DNA of 6,518 nucleotides from a virus (Duplodnaviria; Heunggongvirae; Uroviricota; Caudoviricetes): IMG/VR virus record IMGVR_UViG_2695420514_000014, positions 1 to 6,518 of that record; one strand, 5' to 3'. Shown piece by piece: positions 5,633 to 6,518 of this stretch (position 1 is its first letter; each line of letters starts with the position of its first letter). The notes under the pieces were generated by a model. It saw only the letters and a program-made list of their open reading frames with translations, ran no database searches and was not told where the DNA came from. The position numbers and the translations under genes were made by a program.

Positions 5633-5968
5633 ATGCCTCATAACCCAAATACCTGGCCGGACTGGCTGGAGTTGTTTCAGAGCTGGTGGCGTGGAGACAC
5701 ACCGCTGGGGGCAGTGATTATGTCGATCGTTATGGCTGGTTTGCGCATCGCCTATTTTGGCGGTGGTGGGGGCTGGAAACGAAAAACGCTTGAGATTTTG
5801 CTCTGTGGTGCTCTGACGCTGACCTTTGCATCCGCGCTTGAGTATGTCGGATGGCCTAAATCACTTTCTGTTGCCATTGGTGGTGGGGTGGGGCTGATTG
5901 GTGTTGATGCTATTCGTGGTGCGGCAATGAGGGTCATCGGTAACAAGTTTGGTGCCCATAAGGAGTAA
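5633..5968 (+). CDS. S: Holin, divergent lambda S-like (class I), 111 aa from ATG 5633 or 119 aa from ATG 5609
   Basis: Track ORF 5609..5968. ATG at 5633 has a good SD (GAGGTGAGAG, about 9-nt spacer) and gives an MP... N-terminus like lambda S105. The ATG at 5609 has no SD. Gly-rich hydrophobic segments (AVIMSIVMAGLRIAYFGGGGGW, LLCGALTLTFASAL, VAIGGGVGLIGV) and a basic C-terminal tail fit a holin. Its stop is 3 nt before the R start. Confidence 0.8.
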   Translation: MPHNPNTWPDWLELFQSWWRGDTPLGAVIMSIVMAGLRIAYFGGGGGWKRKTLEILLCGALTLTFASALEYVGWPKSLSVAIGGGVGLIGVDAIRGAAMRVIGNKFGAHKE

Positions 5969-5971
5969 TTA

Positions 5972-6448
5972 ATGCAGACACTGAATTCCCAGCGTAAAGC
6001 TTTCCTTGATATGGTGGCATGGTCAGAAGGAACGGATAACGGACGGCAGAAAACCAGAAATCACGGTTATGATGTTATTGTCGGTGGCGAACTGTTCACT
6101 GATTACTCCGATCACCCCCGCAAACTTGTCACGCTAAATCCGAAACTCAAATCAACAGCTGCCGGACGTTACCAGCTTCTTTCACGCTGGTGGGATGCCT
6201 ACCGCAAGCAACTTGGCCTGAAAGATTTTTCGCCAGAAAGCCAGGACGCTGTAGCGCTGCAGCAGATTAAAGAGCGTGGCGCATTACCAATGATTGACCG
6301 CGGTGATATTCGTCAGGCTATCGACCGTTGCAGCAATATCTGGGCTTCACTGCCGGGCGCTGGTTATGGTCAGTTCGAGCATAAAGTTGACAGCCTGATT
6401 GCAAAATTCAAAGAAGCTGGCGGAACGGTCAGAGAGATTGAGGTATGA
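5972..6448 (+). CDS. R: Endolysin R (lambda-type lytic transglycosylase), 158 aa
   Basis: Track ORF. It is near-identical to lambda R as recalled (QRKAFLDM.AWSEGTDNGRQKTRNHGYDVIVGGELFTDYSDHPRKLVTLNPKLKST). The catalytic Glu19 is present in the WSEGT context. The length is 158 aa, as in lambda. Confidence 0.95.
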   Translation: MQTLNSQRKAFLDMVAWSEGTDNGRQKTRNHGYDVIVGGELFTDYSDHPRKLVTLNPKLKSTAAGRYQLLSRWWDAYRKQLGLKDFSPESQDAVALQQIKERGALPMIDRGDIRQAIDRCSNIWASLPGAGYGQFEHKVDSLIAKFKEAGGTVREIEV

Positions 6449-6518
6449 GCAGAGTCACCGCGATTATCTCCGCTTTGGTTATTTGCATCATCGTCTGCCT
6501 GTCATGGGCGGTTAATCA
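6445..6518 (+). CDS. Rz: Rz spanin (i-spanin), N-terminal fragment; 3' end lies outside the window
   Basis: ATG at 6445 overlaps the R stop (ATGA). It translates MSRVTAIISALVICIIVCLSWAVN, which matches the lambda Rz N-terminal transmembrane anchor as recalled. Confidence 0.85.
   Translation, partial: MSRVTAIISALVICIIVCLSWAVN

Noticed and set aside
5752-5946. Reverse-strand 64-aa Pro-rich ORF
   Set aside because: It is antisense to the holin gene, where Gly codons read as Pro on the opposite strand. It is a shadow ORF.
1-6518. CRISPR arrays, IS elements or integron features
   Set aside because: No regularly spaced direct repeats, no terminal inverted repeats flanking a transposase-sized ORF, and no attC-like sites were seen by eye.

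Overview
This window reads as the early-right to late-gene junction of a lambdoid (lambda-like) enterobacterial prophage, interrupted by three AT-rich accessory (moron) islands. All identifications are from reading the sequence and recalling protein families; no database search was run. Left to right: the 3' end of ninE, a NinX-like ORF, ninF, ninG, and a lambda-type Ser/Thr phosphatase form a tightly overlapping forward operon. A reverse-strand outer-membrane beta-barrel that looks like the lipid A 3'-O-deacylase LpxR follows, with a very AT-rich upstream region. Then come a 46-aa YlcG-like small ORF and a short DLP12/82-type Q antiterminator. Downstream of Q is a small secreted His/Tyr/Cys-rich peptide ORF containing an A8 run in the exact register of a -1 slippery heptamer, then a hairpin terminator. 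Next is a convergent pair of unknowns (69 aa forward, 179 aa reverse) in the Q-to-lysis hotspot, which is the best candidate for an undescribed accessory function. The window ends with several hairpin/T-tract structures and a lambda-like lysis cassette (divergent S-type holin, R endolysin, start of Rz). No tRNA, rRNA, CRISPR or IS element was seen.
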